DNA from: Parasitella parasitica NRRL 2501
Taxonomy: Eukaryota > Fungi > Mucoromycota
Length of the DNA stretch: 64,000 nucleotides
Direction of reading: 5' to 3'
NCBI GenBank assembly: GCA_025201805.1
Contig: MU619334.1
Span: 1-64,000, forward strand
The notes beneath the pieces were generated by a model that was not told where the DNA came from, did not search any database, and worked only from the letters and a program-made list of their open reading frames with translations. This document shows positions 1 through 11,576 of this stretch, one piece after another. Within the stretch, counting starts at the first letter, position 1. Every line of letters begins with the position of its first letter. The position numbers and the translations under genes are program-made.

Positions 1-1501
1 TACAGATATCAATAAAAACATGGATACAAATGTGTTTTCCAGATAGCGCCAAGTCAACGCTAAGTTTTCCAAGTTAGATCGCGGTTTTGCGGTCATTTTA
101 GCAAAAGTTATGAGCAAATATGTGATATTTATGATAAATATTGAAAAATAAAACTGGGTTTGCAGATAACTTTTGATAGAGACATCGCCCAGTAGACCCC
201 AAGTTATGCTCATATAGCGATGATCATGCCTGTTCTTATGGCGCATAAGACAGTGTTTATTTTGCTCTTTATCAAAGTCTATCATTGATTATATGCAATT
301 TTGAAATGCGAATCGTCGCACAAAATTTGCCAGTGGCAAATTTTTTTGGATTTTCGGAGTTTTAAAATTTAAAGTCAGACAATTCTTTTTTTAAATTTTG
401 GCTGTTGCTTTGCTGTCACTATTTGAATAGTTATCTAATAAAGATACAAAAAAAGAAACTATTTGAATAGTTATCAAGCTGATGAAAGTTTATTTTCCTT
501 GGTTTGTGAAATTTAGAGACATTAGAATAAATTATTTTTCAAGATGTTGTTTTATTTTATGCTAGGATGAGGATCCTCATGGTTTTGAATAAAATTTTGC
601 TATTGAAACTAAATGTGGAATCTAAAAATGAGGAATTATGTAATGATGTTGTGAGGTATGATTGATTAATAAACCTCACAGAAAGATTGAAAGTAGATGT
701 TGATGAAGATAGAAATTGACAACTACAACATTAATTGGGGTATTATAGATATAAAAGATTTATGGACTTGTTTATAGACAAGATCTTTATGAATATACCT
801 TTAGGTAAGTAAACTTTATTAAAAATTTATATCACGAGATGAAAATAAAATTATACAATCACAGCGGATGAACTAATGTACAAATCCTGTTCTATGACAT
901 GGCTTAAATCTTGATTTTATCTTGTCTGCGTATGTGAAGTTTAATATACAATGAAACAAACAGATTGACTGACCAGAGTTCGGGTATTTGTGAAAGATGT
1001 GGACCAGGTCTTCTTTAAATTAGTCGATTCATGCACATTGTGGTAGTAATGAGAATCTGGGCATTATTCTCTTTTCTGAATGGTGGTTCTTACGCTTGCG
1101 GATAGAAACTACCTAGATTTGATTTAAATTTAAGAATACGTAATACATCGCGTTTAGAAATAAATGGAAATGGTTATAGTCAGGTACATCAGCCATCTTG
1201 GATCGGCTTTGATTTAAGACCAGTGATAACATAAGTTGTAAGTTTTATTGCCGTGGAGCATCGACAGCTTTGAACGAGGTAGATGACTACAATCAGATCT
1301 TTATCTTTGTAACTACTACCTTCAATTTTACTAGTAAAAGTTGTATGAAAATATCATCGTTATCTTGAAAGAGCAAGTATTAGATTTTGGGGTTTGATTT
1401 GAGCTTTGTGGTTTAATGAACAGCGTCGAAATGAAATTAGATTGTTTATTAATTTTTTAATATCGTCGATGATGTTTATTGAATTATATATATTCTATTA
1501 C

Positions 1502-2517
1502 TTAATTTTGTTTAACCATCTTTTCTGGTGCAGCGATTTTACCATAAACACGCCAAATATCTTCAGGATCCGAGATCGTCTTTTGGAATACGACATATTC
1601 CAACACATTATGAATTTTGTTGGGATCTCCTCCGATCAATTTATTCTTTTTGTCATATACAGCCATGGATTGCTTTGTAAACATTCTCACTGTAGCTTGA
1701 CCAACCGCAAAACCATGTTTACTGACTCCTGTAGTACCTACACAACGAACACAAACAATTTTGGGTTGCTCCACATCTCCATGATATTTCCACTCCCAAC
1801 GAACATTATTGCGTGTTTTTAATTGATTTTTCAAGCTCTGAAGTGGAAAATAAAAAGGATCAGTTGGCAAAACGTTACATATGCTCAAAGACTTACTGAG
1901 TACATGGCGTCTAAACAGACTTCCTCTAAAATGGGTCTATCGCCTCTGTTTGCATAGATCTGATTTCAATTGATGGTTTCTGTTGGTTGTAATTGAAGCA
2001 CCTTACCTAGCAAATGCATCATTCATATCTTTATAGGTTTCTTCGGCCTCAGCAAGGAACTTGTGAGAGTTCCATTTCTCAAATTGAGATTTGTATTTGA
2101 TCAAGCCAACACTAAGCAACCATATTGAGAGTCTCGCACTGTCAAAAAACAAACAAAAAAAGAGTGTTACCTCAATAAATTTTGAACGTTGTTTTTCATA
2201 TTTCTCCATTTGGTCAGACGCCATTTACTGAAGTCAGTGATGGATGGTGATTGTTCAGGAGGGACGTAATTGGCTTGCGTAAGGTTAGCTTTTCATAAAT
2301 AAAAATTGCTTCAACATTTACCGAAAACACCATGATCACGCAGCAAGATTTGCTTTCCTTGTTGTTGATTTGAAGAATATGAACGCATAGCTAAGGCTGT
2401 AGGTTTGGGCAATTGGTTAAAAACCAATTTTGGTGCAAGAAAAGGTTGCTGCTGAAGTGGCCTAACCAATGCCAATGGTCGAGCTAATGACGATGTGATT
2501 CTCATACTGGCAGCCAT
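1502..2517 (-). CDS. Mitochondrial Tim44-like domain protein (MRPL45/Mba1-like), multi-exon
   Basis: Presequence-like N-terminus MAASMRITSSLARPLALVRP. The last exon QATVRMFTKQSMAVYD...VLEYVVFQKTISDPEDIWRVYGKI is typical of the Tim44/MRPL45 C-terminal domain. Exons are joined by GT-AG introns. Confidence 0.8.
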
Positions 2518-2679
2518 TGTGATGAAAAGCTATAAAAAATACAACTCACAGGGAATCCCGGGGTCGGTGCCTTTAACAATTGACAGCTCTACTACTCAGA
2601 CAGTCACTCGAAACTGTAAAAGACGTACAGACAACATCCATTGCTCACCTTGATGAAAAACGCGGCACTATTTTATCTA

Positions 2680-5243
2680 ATGTTCAAAAAGACATCTCGC
2701 ACTAAAAATATACGTCGAAAAGTAGAAGTAACAGACGAAGAACCCGTTGAGATTGTTGTTCAAAAGACAGTTACTTCGTCAAAGAAAAAGGTTAAATCAA
2801 AGAAGGCATTGAATGCGCTTAGCTTTGCTCAAGGCGATGAGGAAGGCGATAGCGAAGAATTTCAGATAAAAAAGAATAGAACTTTGCATATAAAGTTACC
2901 AGAGTAACGTATAGATTCTAATTCTCTTTGACTAGTTATTTAAATATTGGCTCTAGATTGCAAGACGAAACAGAGGAAAAGCAGCAATCGAATTACGATA
3001 AAGATTCTCTAGAAAAACTTCGAGCTGGTACTCCTAATCTGCCTGCTTCTGTGAGATCAACCATCAAAGATGACAATGCTTTATTGCATGAAAAGTTTCC
3101 ATCGACAGTGAATGCTAAAATTGGAGGCGTTGATATTCCGGATGCGAGTGCAATTATGGCTGCAAAGAAAAAGCGTGAACAAATGCGTAAAGGATTTAAT
3201 ATAACCGAAAGCGATGATGGGTTTATACCGTTAGACGATAACAACGATAACGAAGAAGATGTATGGTATAAATCATATAAATAAACTAATGGCTAATGTG
3301 ATTTTCATGCAGAGAGCCGGATCAAGATTAGTGAGAGAAGAGGATGATGTAGCTGACGATGGAGAAGCTGGTAATAGCCTTTTTCAATAACTGTTGACAT
3401 TATAATTAATTTTCTTCATGTTACTAGAGTTTGAAAAGTATGTTGGGGATAAAATAACGTTGAGCAAGAGTAATGCAAAGAAACAAGAAAAGGAGCGCCG
3501 TGCAGGTGTCCGTGAAATGATCGAGGAAGCAGAAGACGACGACGACCAATCCGAAGATATGGAAAGATGGGAAGAAGATATGATGAAATTTGGCGGTGCA
3601 AAGACGCAGAGTAAAGATTTTGATCCATATAGCCCACCGCCAAACTATAGACCTGCTCAAGGTAAAACATTATAGTTGAGAGCGTGATATTTTTCTGACC
3701 AGAAGATAGTTCCTGAGACATCTGCTTTACCGAATTTGACAGATGTAATGAAATCTCTTGATCTTTCTACTACACAAGTGGCAGACTCCATGCAACATTA
3801 CGAGTCAAATTTAGAAGAATCGTTGAAAGCCATTGAAAGCTCTACAACCGTTGATCAAGAGTTACAAAAAGAAATCGAGAGAGGTAGTACACGATACAAT
3901 TACTTTCAAGAGTTGGCACAATATGTCAATGATTTGGGCGAATTTTTAGACGCAAAGGTGAGTTGAACATTGTTTGAGAATAGGAGATGGGATATTCATC
4001 CCTTAAAAGTTCCCTGGTTTAGAGAAATTAGAATCCCAAGCACATGACATTATATCAACAAAAACAGAAATAGCTATTTCAAGAAGATGGCAGAATAATT
4101 CAGATGATTTGTGTCAATTCATGAACGTCACAGCAAATCAGTTAGACGAAGATATGACGGATCAATCTGAGCAAGTTGACGAATTTGGAAGAGTTAAAGA
4201 AATGCGAAATTCTGTTAGTGCCCGCCAAAGAAGAAAATTAGAAAGGCAACAACGCATTGAAAAGCAAGCTGGTTTGTCCGAAATAGAAGGCGAGGATGCT
4301 ATTAAAGAACAAGGTTTATGGACAGACGATGAGATGAATGAGGATTATTACGAACAAAAGGATATCAAATTACAGCAAATTCAATCCGATGGAATTGATG
4401 ACCTTATGGCTGATGTGGGCGATGACTATAAATCATTGACCACTGTCAAAAACAAGTTTGAAGCATGGAAATTGGATTACTACGACGATTATCAGAAGGC
4501 ATATGGCAGCCTTAGTTTACCTGGTGCATTTGAATTTTACGTTCGCTGTGAGCTAGTATCCTGGGATCTATTTTCGGTACGTTTATCAAGCAAGATTATT
4601 ATGCCACATGCTAACCACCGTGAAAAATTAGGATCCAATGGATTTTGACAGCATGCAATGGCACAAGATTCTGTCAGAATATGGTGTGTCTGCAGAACAT
4701 GAGGATCCTGATGTTGAGATGTTGAATAAAGTGGTAGAAAAGTCCATCATCAACAAAATCAAGGTTATGTTAGATACCTTAGATGGTGCTTCATCAAGAC
4801 AGATGAGATATGCTACTCAAGTGATAGAACAAGTTTCATATTACGTAGATACAAACGATAAAGCCTATCAAGTAAACTATTGAATACACATCGGCGTATA
4901 CAATCATATTAATTTTTTCTCTTGACAGGGTTTGGCTTTGGACATTATCAACATATTAGAAAAGCAAATATCTCAGTTTGTTGAAATTATTGAAACAGCT
5001 GTACCAAAATCCAACCTTGATCTCGAATCAACACAGGCTAAGCACCGATTCTTTTGGGCACAATGTAAACATCTCAAGACCTTGATTGTTTGGCGTCGAT
5101 ATTTACCCAAAGATCATTTGGATAGATTGGGTAGCATTATTTTTGATAGAATTATTTCACCTATTCTTAAGCCTGAATCGTATCCTGCCGATTTGCGTTT
5201 ACAAAACGAAGCTTTATTGCTGCTATCGCATCTGCAAAAATAA
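2680..5243 (+). CDS. GCFC2/PAXBP1 (Ntr2-like) spliceosome-disassembly-associated protein, multi-exon
   Basis: ATG at 2680 (MFKKTSRTKNIRRK). Motifs IPDASAIMAAKKKREQMR, RWEEDMMKFG and DDYKSLTTVKNKFEAWKLDYYDDYQKAYGSLSLP...VRCELVSWD match the GCFC domain family. Stop at 5241-5243. Confidence 0.8.
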
Positions 5244-5252
5244 ATATTGAAA

Positions 5253-5871
5253 CTATCGCCAACGTCGATTTCTTCTATTTCTCGAAGGATGATGAATAAT
5301 CTGGCCTGTTCTTCGTTGTAATTCTGCCAGTCCATGTTTTGCTTCTAATTCAATGTGGATTATTGAGCTTTGTCTTTTTTGTATTTCTAAATCCTTGTCC
5401 TTTGCACTTCTTTTAGTTATTGTATTATTCCCAACAATAGAATACTTACCATGTCATCAGGTATAATATCGTCTACCAAGGATATGGTCTCAGTTGTGGG
5501 CCTTAGTGTAACTTGATTTTCTAAAGCAATCTGGGCCGCTAGAGCCATGGTTGTAGCTCGAATGACCATGGCACCTAATCCATGTATAACTACCGATTTG
5601 TGGCTATTGCAAAAGTTATTAATTTGGTTGACTCTATCAAGTGTGCAGCCTACTTTTCTTTAAGCATAAGTCTTCGCACTCGCTTCACTATCGCGCTTTG
5701 TTTGCTCTTATTTGAAATGTATATGTCTGTTGGAACTGATGCTGGACGTTGAGGAGTGCGTTTATGAATTGATCCTTAAAATAAACTCGGTTGTTATTCT
5801 CAATTTCACAGACTATATATGTAAGATGTACCTTCGATCATTGCTCGTTTTTCCAAAATTGATTGATCCAT
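5253..5871 (-). CDS. POP7: RNase P/MRP subunit Rpp20/Pop7 (Alba-like); four exons; not in ORF track
   Basis: Manual splicing gives MDQSILEKRAMIEGSIHKRTPQRPASVPTDIYISNKSKQSAIVKRVRRLMLKENHKSVVIHGLGAMVIRATTMALAAQIALENQVTLRPTTETISLVDDIIPDDMDKDLEIQKRQSSIIHIELE...RRWR*. The DIY, IHGLG, TxTxxLxDD and R..S.IHI motifs are Rpp20 hallmarks. Confidence 0.85.
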
Positions 5872-6249
5872 TTTATTTCTCTGTAATTCAGTGTTTTTGT
5901 CAAATGCCAAATCTTTTTTTTTTTTCTTTTTTTCTTTGGTGATTCGATGTTAGTTGGCACTAGTCACAGCAAGGCGAAATGCCAAGATGGTCTACATTTA
6001 TATGCTTGGAAACTCCATGTAATATCGTTCAGTGGTGCTCTATTGTTTGACATTGGGATGATAAAGACTTACTTTAACAACATCATTTAGATAGATTTTC
6101 ACCATGTTCACATGCGTTGTCCTGTCGTCTATTGATCTGATTATTCACCATGAAAGATCGATCAGCAAATTCACTAAACAAGGATGTCTAGTTCTATTTT
6201 GTTTTTTTATTTTAATTTATAGACAAGTGAAGAAAAGAAGAAATTATGC

Positions 6250-7176
6250 CTAAGCTTCCGTTGTTACTTCAGCAGCAGGAGCGGGTCTGAAATCTTGAGC
6301 ACTGGGTTCAGTGACAACAGTGTCATCTTTAGGTTCGAGGATAGTGACAATATCAGGAAGACATTGCTTGGGACCATTACGGCCAGTAGGGTCGTTATCC
6401 AACATAATCTTGACCTTAATGCCCAAAACACCTTGACGCAAATCAACATGACGAACAGCAGTGGTGATGAAATCACGAGCAGGGTTACCAGAGTGAATCA
6501 TAAAACCATCAGCAAACTTCATGGCTTTAGCACGGGCAGCACGAACTTTACCAGAAACAACGACTTCACAACCCTTGGCACCAGATTCCATGACAAAACG
6601 AACAACGCCATAGCATGCACGACGAACAGCTAAGCCATTCAGAAGCTTGAACTTGACAGACTCACATTGGGCAATGGCACAGAGACCACGGTTTTGAACA
6701 CGTTCGGCATAAAGTTCAACGGCATTCTCAGGGAACTTGAAACGCTTTTGAACAAGAGTGGTCAATTCACGAATACGACGACCTTTTTCACCAAGAACAT
6801 TTTGTGTGTGAGTAGCACGGATGATAATTCTACACAAACAATCCGCATTAATGGTGATAATTCGAAATAACTAACAATCGCATATTATCTTACTCGGTAC
6901 GAGCAGGAGTGACACGAACTTCGACGCCAGCATAGCCATCTTCAGCAAGCTCACGAGTGAAAAACTCGTTCAATTCAGCATAAAAGACACCGTCAGCGAC
7001 CTACACATGCACATCGTGTATATTCGTTAAATGACATGGATTCTTTTTGCTGTATCATCGAAATTTCAACTTACGAACTACAAAATAATTGAAAAATAAA
7101 GTTAATATCGCATCCAACATAATGATGGGAGAGACGTCTATAATACCTTTCTCTTCTTGGAGATTTGAGCAGCCAT
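6250..7176 (-). CDS. RPS3: 40S ribosomal protein S3 (uS3); four exons including a 3-nt microexon
   Basis: Exon 1 [10 protein letters not shown] (ATG at 7176), microexon TTC (7075-7077), then [36 protein letters not shown], then [23 protein letters not shown]..., which is canonical uS3. Confidence 0.97.
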
Positions 7177-7637
7177 GATTATTTATGTGTTGAGAAAAGG
7201 AGGGATGGATGGATTCTCTGAAGCTGTTGCTTGGCCATGTACACTCAATAATGGCAATTAAAAGTGCCGGTATTTTGTTTGTGTTCCGGTTCGAGGAATA
7301 TATTCTAACAAGCATAACATTGCTCCTGTTTCTTTGAGAATCTTAGTGACCTATCAAGCCATCTTTTTGATGCGTAAAAAGCCTATTAACGTATCTTTGG
7401 AGAACTGTTATGTACAAAGTAAAGGGCATGACACCAATAATTCTTAAAAGCCTTTCATATGAGTGCTTTTTTTATGTTGTTTTGAAAAATAGTTAAACTC
7501 TGAAGTTCTACTTCTTGATATCCTATTTTTGACCTAGTCTAGGAACTAAGACCTTTATAGATTTAGACTAAAAACATACATCAACGTCGATTACGTTCTC
7601 TTTATCTTTTTTTTCTTATAAAAATACAATACGTAAA

Positions 7638-7820
7638 ATGAGCCAACCAGCGCAAACTTTAGAGCATGCTTCTGAATCATCGATTAAAACTGAACAACAA
7701 CGACTTCGCGAGGAAATTGCTAAAATAAAGCGTGAAGAAGAAAATCTTGAAAACATTAACAAAGACATCAAGCTTAACTTGGCAGCCGTTGATGAAAAAA
7801 AAAAAGAGCTTAGTTCTTAA
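7638..7820 (+). CDS. Small coiled-coil ORF of unknown function (60 aa), divergent from RPS3
   Basis: ATG in an A-rich context (gtaaaATG) after a pyrimidine tract; heptad-like charged sequence. No recognisable family. Confidence 0.3.
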   Translation: MSQPAQTLEHASESSIKTEQQRLREEIAKIKREEENLENINKDIKLNLAAVDEKKKELSS

Positions 7821-8289
7821 ACTTGGGCTTTGTTTCCGTGGTTCTCGTACTATTATTGTCCATGCGTACCTTTATTGATAACTCCCTTCGCCGAGTATCA
7901 TAGGCACCATCCAACTTTACTATATATTTATAATATATAGGTGATATTCCTAATAACAACATTTGTATGAATAAAAATGCGCCCCTTATTTAGTTTGCAA
8001 AAGCAAAGTAGCCTAACGACAGAATGTTTCGTTTTAACCAGTGAAAGAAGAAGCTTGTCCTGAATGCTCAAGCTTTTTATACATAGCGTAAGATTTACGC
8101 ATTTTTATCTCTTGACAATATCTCATTATCAGGCATAAAATTTTTTACCAGTTTTTCTGTTGGAAATATTTCTATAAAATTAAGGGCATACGGAAACAAG
8201 GCTTATTTCTTTTTAGTAAAGGATCACTATTAGTTATACTAGATCATATACGAATATTGAAAATTGGGGAATTTCTCCATAGTAATTCG

Positions 8290-9350
8290 TTATACATCAT
8301 CAGCAAGATGCAAAAGACCTATATAGCTTGTGGCGCTCAAGATTTGCAGTAGGATTGAGAAATCATAACAAGAAACATTTATTTTGTTGCAGGTAAACTG
8401 ATAATGTGTATCCCCAGTGATGAGCACATGGAGTCTTTCTTGGAGAGATTTAAGAAACTTCAGTTGAGGGCTGAAGTCAAGGACCCGCATGTTGTTTGCA
8501 CGGTGGTTCTTGATGCGTTTCCAGTGTCCTTCCGTAATGTAATGTCTGTATCCATGTTGTTGCTCCTGGTAAACTGAAGGGTAGGGCGTCTACGCTCGTA
8601 TCTGATATGGCCAAGGCCTCGGTCCAGGATAATGCTGCTACATGGACGGCTTTGAATGCCCAAGACTGTTAGTTTGATGTGAGTTTTAGTGCAGCTCCAG
8701 CTATTAAAACCAATTGCATATGTGTTCCTATTGTGGATCCAACAGCCATCACAGCTGTCTTTGGAGCAGCAGCAACAGCAAGACGATAAGATTTTTTCTA
8801 CACTATGTTGTTCACTACATTCCCCAAAACCATGAATTAAGCAAGGATCAGAGATCGAGATTGAGCGCTTTCCAAAGATGCAATGAACGAGCTGTTCATC
8901 TCGATTTCATTGCTTCTACAACAACCGACTCGAACTGCTATTGAGGACGTATCCCTTGAACTATCCCCGTCTTGAATAATTAACTGGGTAGTCCAGGGAT
9001 GCGCAAATATAATACGAGCGGCAGTCTGGAAATCCCAATCATGCACTCGGTACCTGCAGACTTAGCTGAGACCGAGTCTCTCCTTTCAGAAAGTATAGTA
9101 AGCTGCACAAACAAGAAGGGGGTCATGATTTATATTGCTGATTCGTGCAAATGAAATGGAGTCTCGCTAATGCAAGCTATTAAGGATGGTAGAAAGATTA
9201 TTGGAGGACATGGGCTTATGGAAATGGCTTACTATAGAAGAGCTGCATCGATTCTTGACATTTTATTTAGTGGCACCGATTTTAAATTGGTAGCGTATTT
9301 GTTAAATCCATATGAAATGAATTTTTTTTTAACCAGCTAATTGGTACCTT
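8290..9350 (+). mobile_element. Degenerate retroelement-like relic (possible gag/LINE ORF1 fragment)
   Basis: Higher-GC, coding-like but frame-broken tract. Contains CSYCGSNSHHSC (about 8723-8758), resembling a damaged CCHC zinc knuckle. No intact RT motif seen. Confidence 0.3.
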
Positions 9351-10261
9351 AACAGTAGCAAAAGCTGATGGATAGCATGCAAGACAGCAATTGAGCTGAA
9401 TAAACAATTATTCAATGATTCTGATGTGTCTACTAGCTATCCGCGAAAAAATCGATCTATTACTGAACTATACATCGGAAGATGTAGAGCTTTCCTGGAA
9501 TCAGCGGAAGGGAGCTAATGTTTCAACGGCAATAGCTATGTCGTAGCAAGCTAAAAATATGGAAGTCTATGCAACTATAATCAACCACAGTGTGTCTTCA
9601 GTATTTGCTGACTTGAATCATTGTTGGTCGTTCTGGCTATATGTATTCTATTTGATCATTGCAAGCTCGATAGGTTTAGTTACCTTTCTCAGGAATTTTG
9701 AAACTCTTTCTCTGGTTAAAGATACATTGAAAAATCTCTTCATGCTAAACGTATTACACATCTAGTATTCTTTACATTGCTAGATTTAAGAAGCAACCAA
9801 CTAATGCTTGAATTACTTTTAGTATGTCTACTCTCAGATGGTCCCGATCAATTGTACCAAGCTTGAGGTCACCTCCATAGCTTCTTTATCCACCCATGGA
9901 AAGTCCCATTAACAATCTTATCTACTTCAAACTTACAAAGAAAAGGGTTGGATCTGCCTATGACTACGAAGCGGCTCGATCAAGCCCCTCCTCTCCTTGA
10001 TTACCGTTCGTATTTAGGTGATTATATCCTCTCTTTAAAATTAGCATGATTATATCCTCTAAAAATTAGCATACAAATAAAGGCTGAATTGTTCCGGGAA
10101 GGTCTGTAGTCTGCATCTGGATTATTTGAGCCAACATCTTTTGAAGCTTCCGGCAAAAACGCAAAGAAAAAAAGTCACCATACTTTCAGATCGAGGGCTA
10201 GTTCATTGATAACTATAGGGCAAGTTAACAATAGAAGAGATCCTTCTTTTAAATCGTTAAT

Positions 10262-10680
10262 ATGGGTAAAGTGTATACATCCATCCATCCATGTAATCAT
10301 TGATATCTAACCAAAGTTTCCTCCCTATAATCTTCTATCAAATTTCTGAATGGTCAGCTGTCGGCAAGAATAAGTAAGTGTCATATTAGATCTCATAAAA
10401 AATCTGAAATAGAGCATTAAAACGTTATGAATAGGCGTCTTTCAAAGGGAAAGAAAGGTTTGAAGAAGAAGATGTAAGTAGGAAACCGGCTAGATTTCTG
10501 CTTTTGTGTATAGTTGAAAAGCATTGGAAATGAATGCAGTTAGTTGGAGATGATGTCTATTCGATACAGTAACATTTTATCAAACAATATCGCAAAGTTC
10601 GATATAATCATCGTTGCCTCTACTCTTTTCAACTAGTCCAAAGCAGAATCGTTTAATGTAGAAGGATTCTTTGGTTGACC

Positions 10681-10723
<43 letters not shown>

Positions 10724-11465
10724 TGTTGACCCCTTCACCCGCAAGGACTGGTATGATATCAAGGCTCCTTCCATGTTCGATGTCCGTCAAGTCGGTAAGA
10801 CTCTTGTCAACCGTACTCAAGGTCTCCGCAATGCTAACGACTCTCTCAATGGTCGTGTTGTTGAGATGTCTCTTGGTGATCTTTCCAAGGATGAGTCTCG
10901 CTCTTTCCGTAAGATCCAGTTGAAGGTTGACGAAATCCAAGGTAAGAACTGTCTCACCAACTTCTACCGTATGGATATGACCACCGACAAGCTTCGTTCC
11001 ATGGTCAAGAAATGGCAATCTTTGATCGAGGCTTTTGTCGATATCAAGACTACCGATGGTTATCTTGTTCGTATCTTTGCTGTCTCATTCACTTCTCGTC
11101 GCCGTAACCAAATCAAGAAGACCACTTATGCTCAATCTGCTCAAATCCGTCAAATTCGCAAGAAGATGTTCGAGATCATGACTGAGGAAGCTGTTACTTG
11201 TGATCTGAAGGAACTGGTTGCCAAGGTAACCTCCTCTGCTTCTCAATCTGCTCAAGACGCTATTGCTGTCCGCATTGAGAAGGCCTGTCAAGGTATCTAC
11301 CCTCTCCAAAACACCTACACTCGTAAGGTCAAGATCCTCAAGGCTCCCAAGTTTGATGTCTCTGCTCTCTTGGCTCTTCACGGTGGTGCTGCTGCCGCTG
11401 GTGACGATACTGGTGCCAAGGCTTCCAAAGATTTTGTTGAACCCGCTATCCAAGCTTCTGTCTAA
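10262..11465 (+). CDS. RPS1: 40S ribosomal protein S1/S3a (eS1); exons 10262-10265, 10358-10373, 10435-10473, 10724-11465
   Basis: Spliced N-terminus [38 protein letters not shown] is canonical eS1. The poly-F N-terminus in the ORF track is an intronic poly-T tract. Confidence 0.97.
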
Positions 11466-11576
11466 ATCAAACAATCCAGAGGTTATTTATTTTTTCATCT
11501 GAAGAAATGAAATAAAAAAAAACCATAAAATGTCGCTTGCTTCTCGTTTCAAAAGTTTGTTTTATTTATTTGCGTG

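Noticed and set aside
10540-10680. Box C/D snoRNA in RPS1 intron 3
   Set aside because: Only an imperfect C box (GATGATGT) and no downstream CTGA D box. Retained only as a structured intron.
10671-10723. Poly-Phe N-terminus of the RPS1 ORF and poly-Lys antisense ORFs
   Set aside because: These translate the intronic poly-T tract. The true N-terminus comes from three upstream exons.
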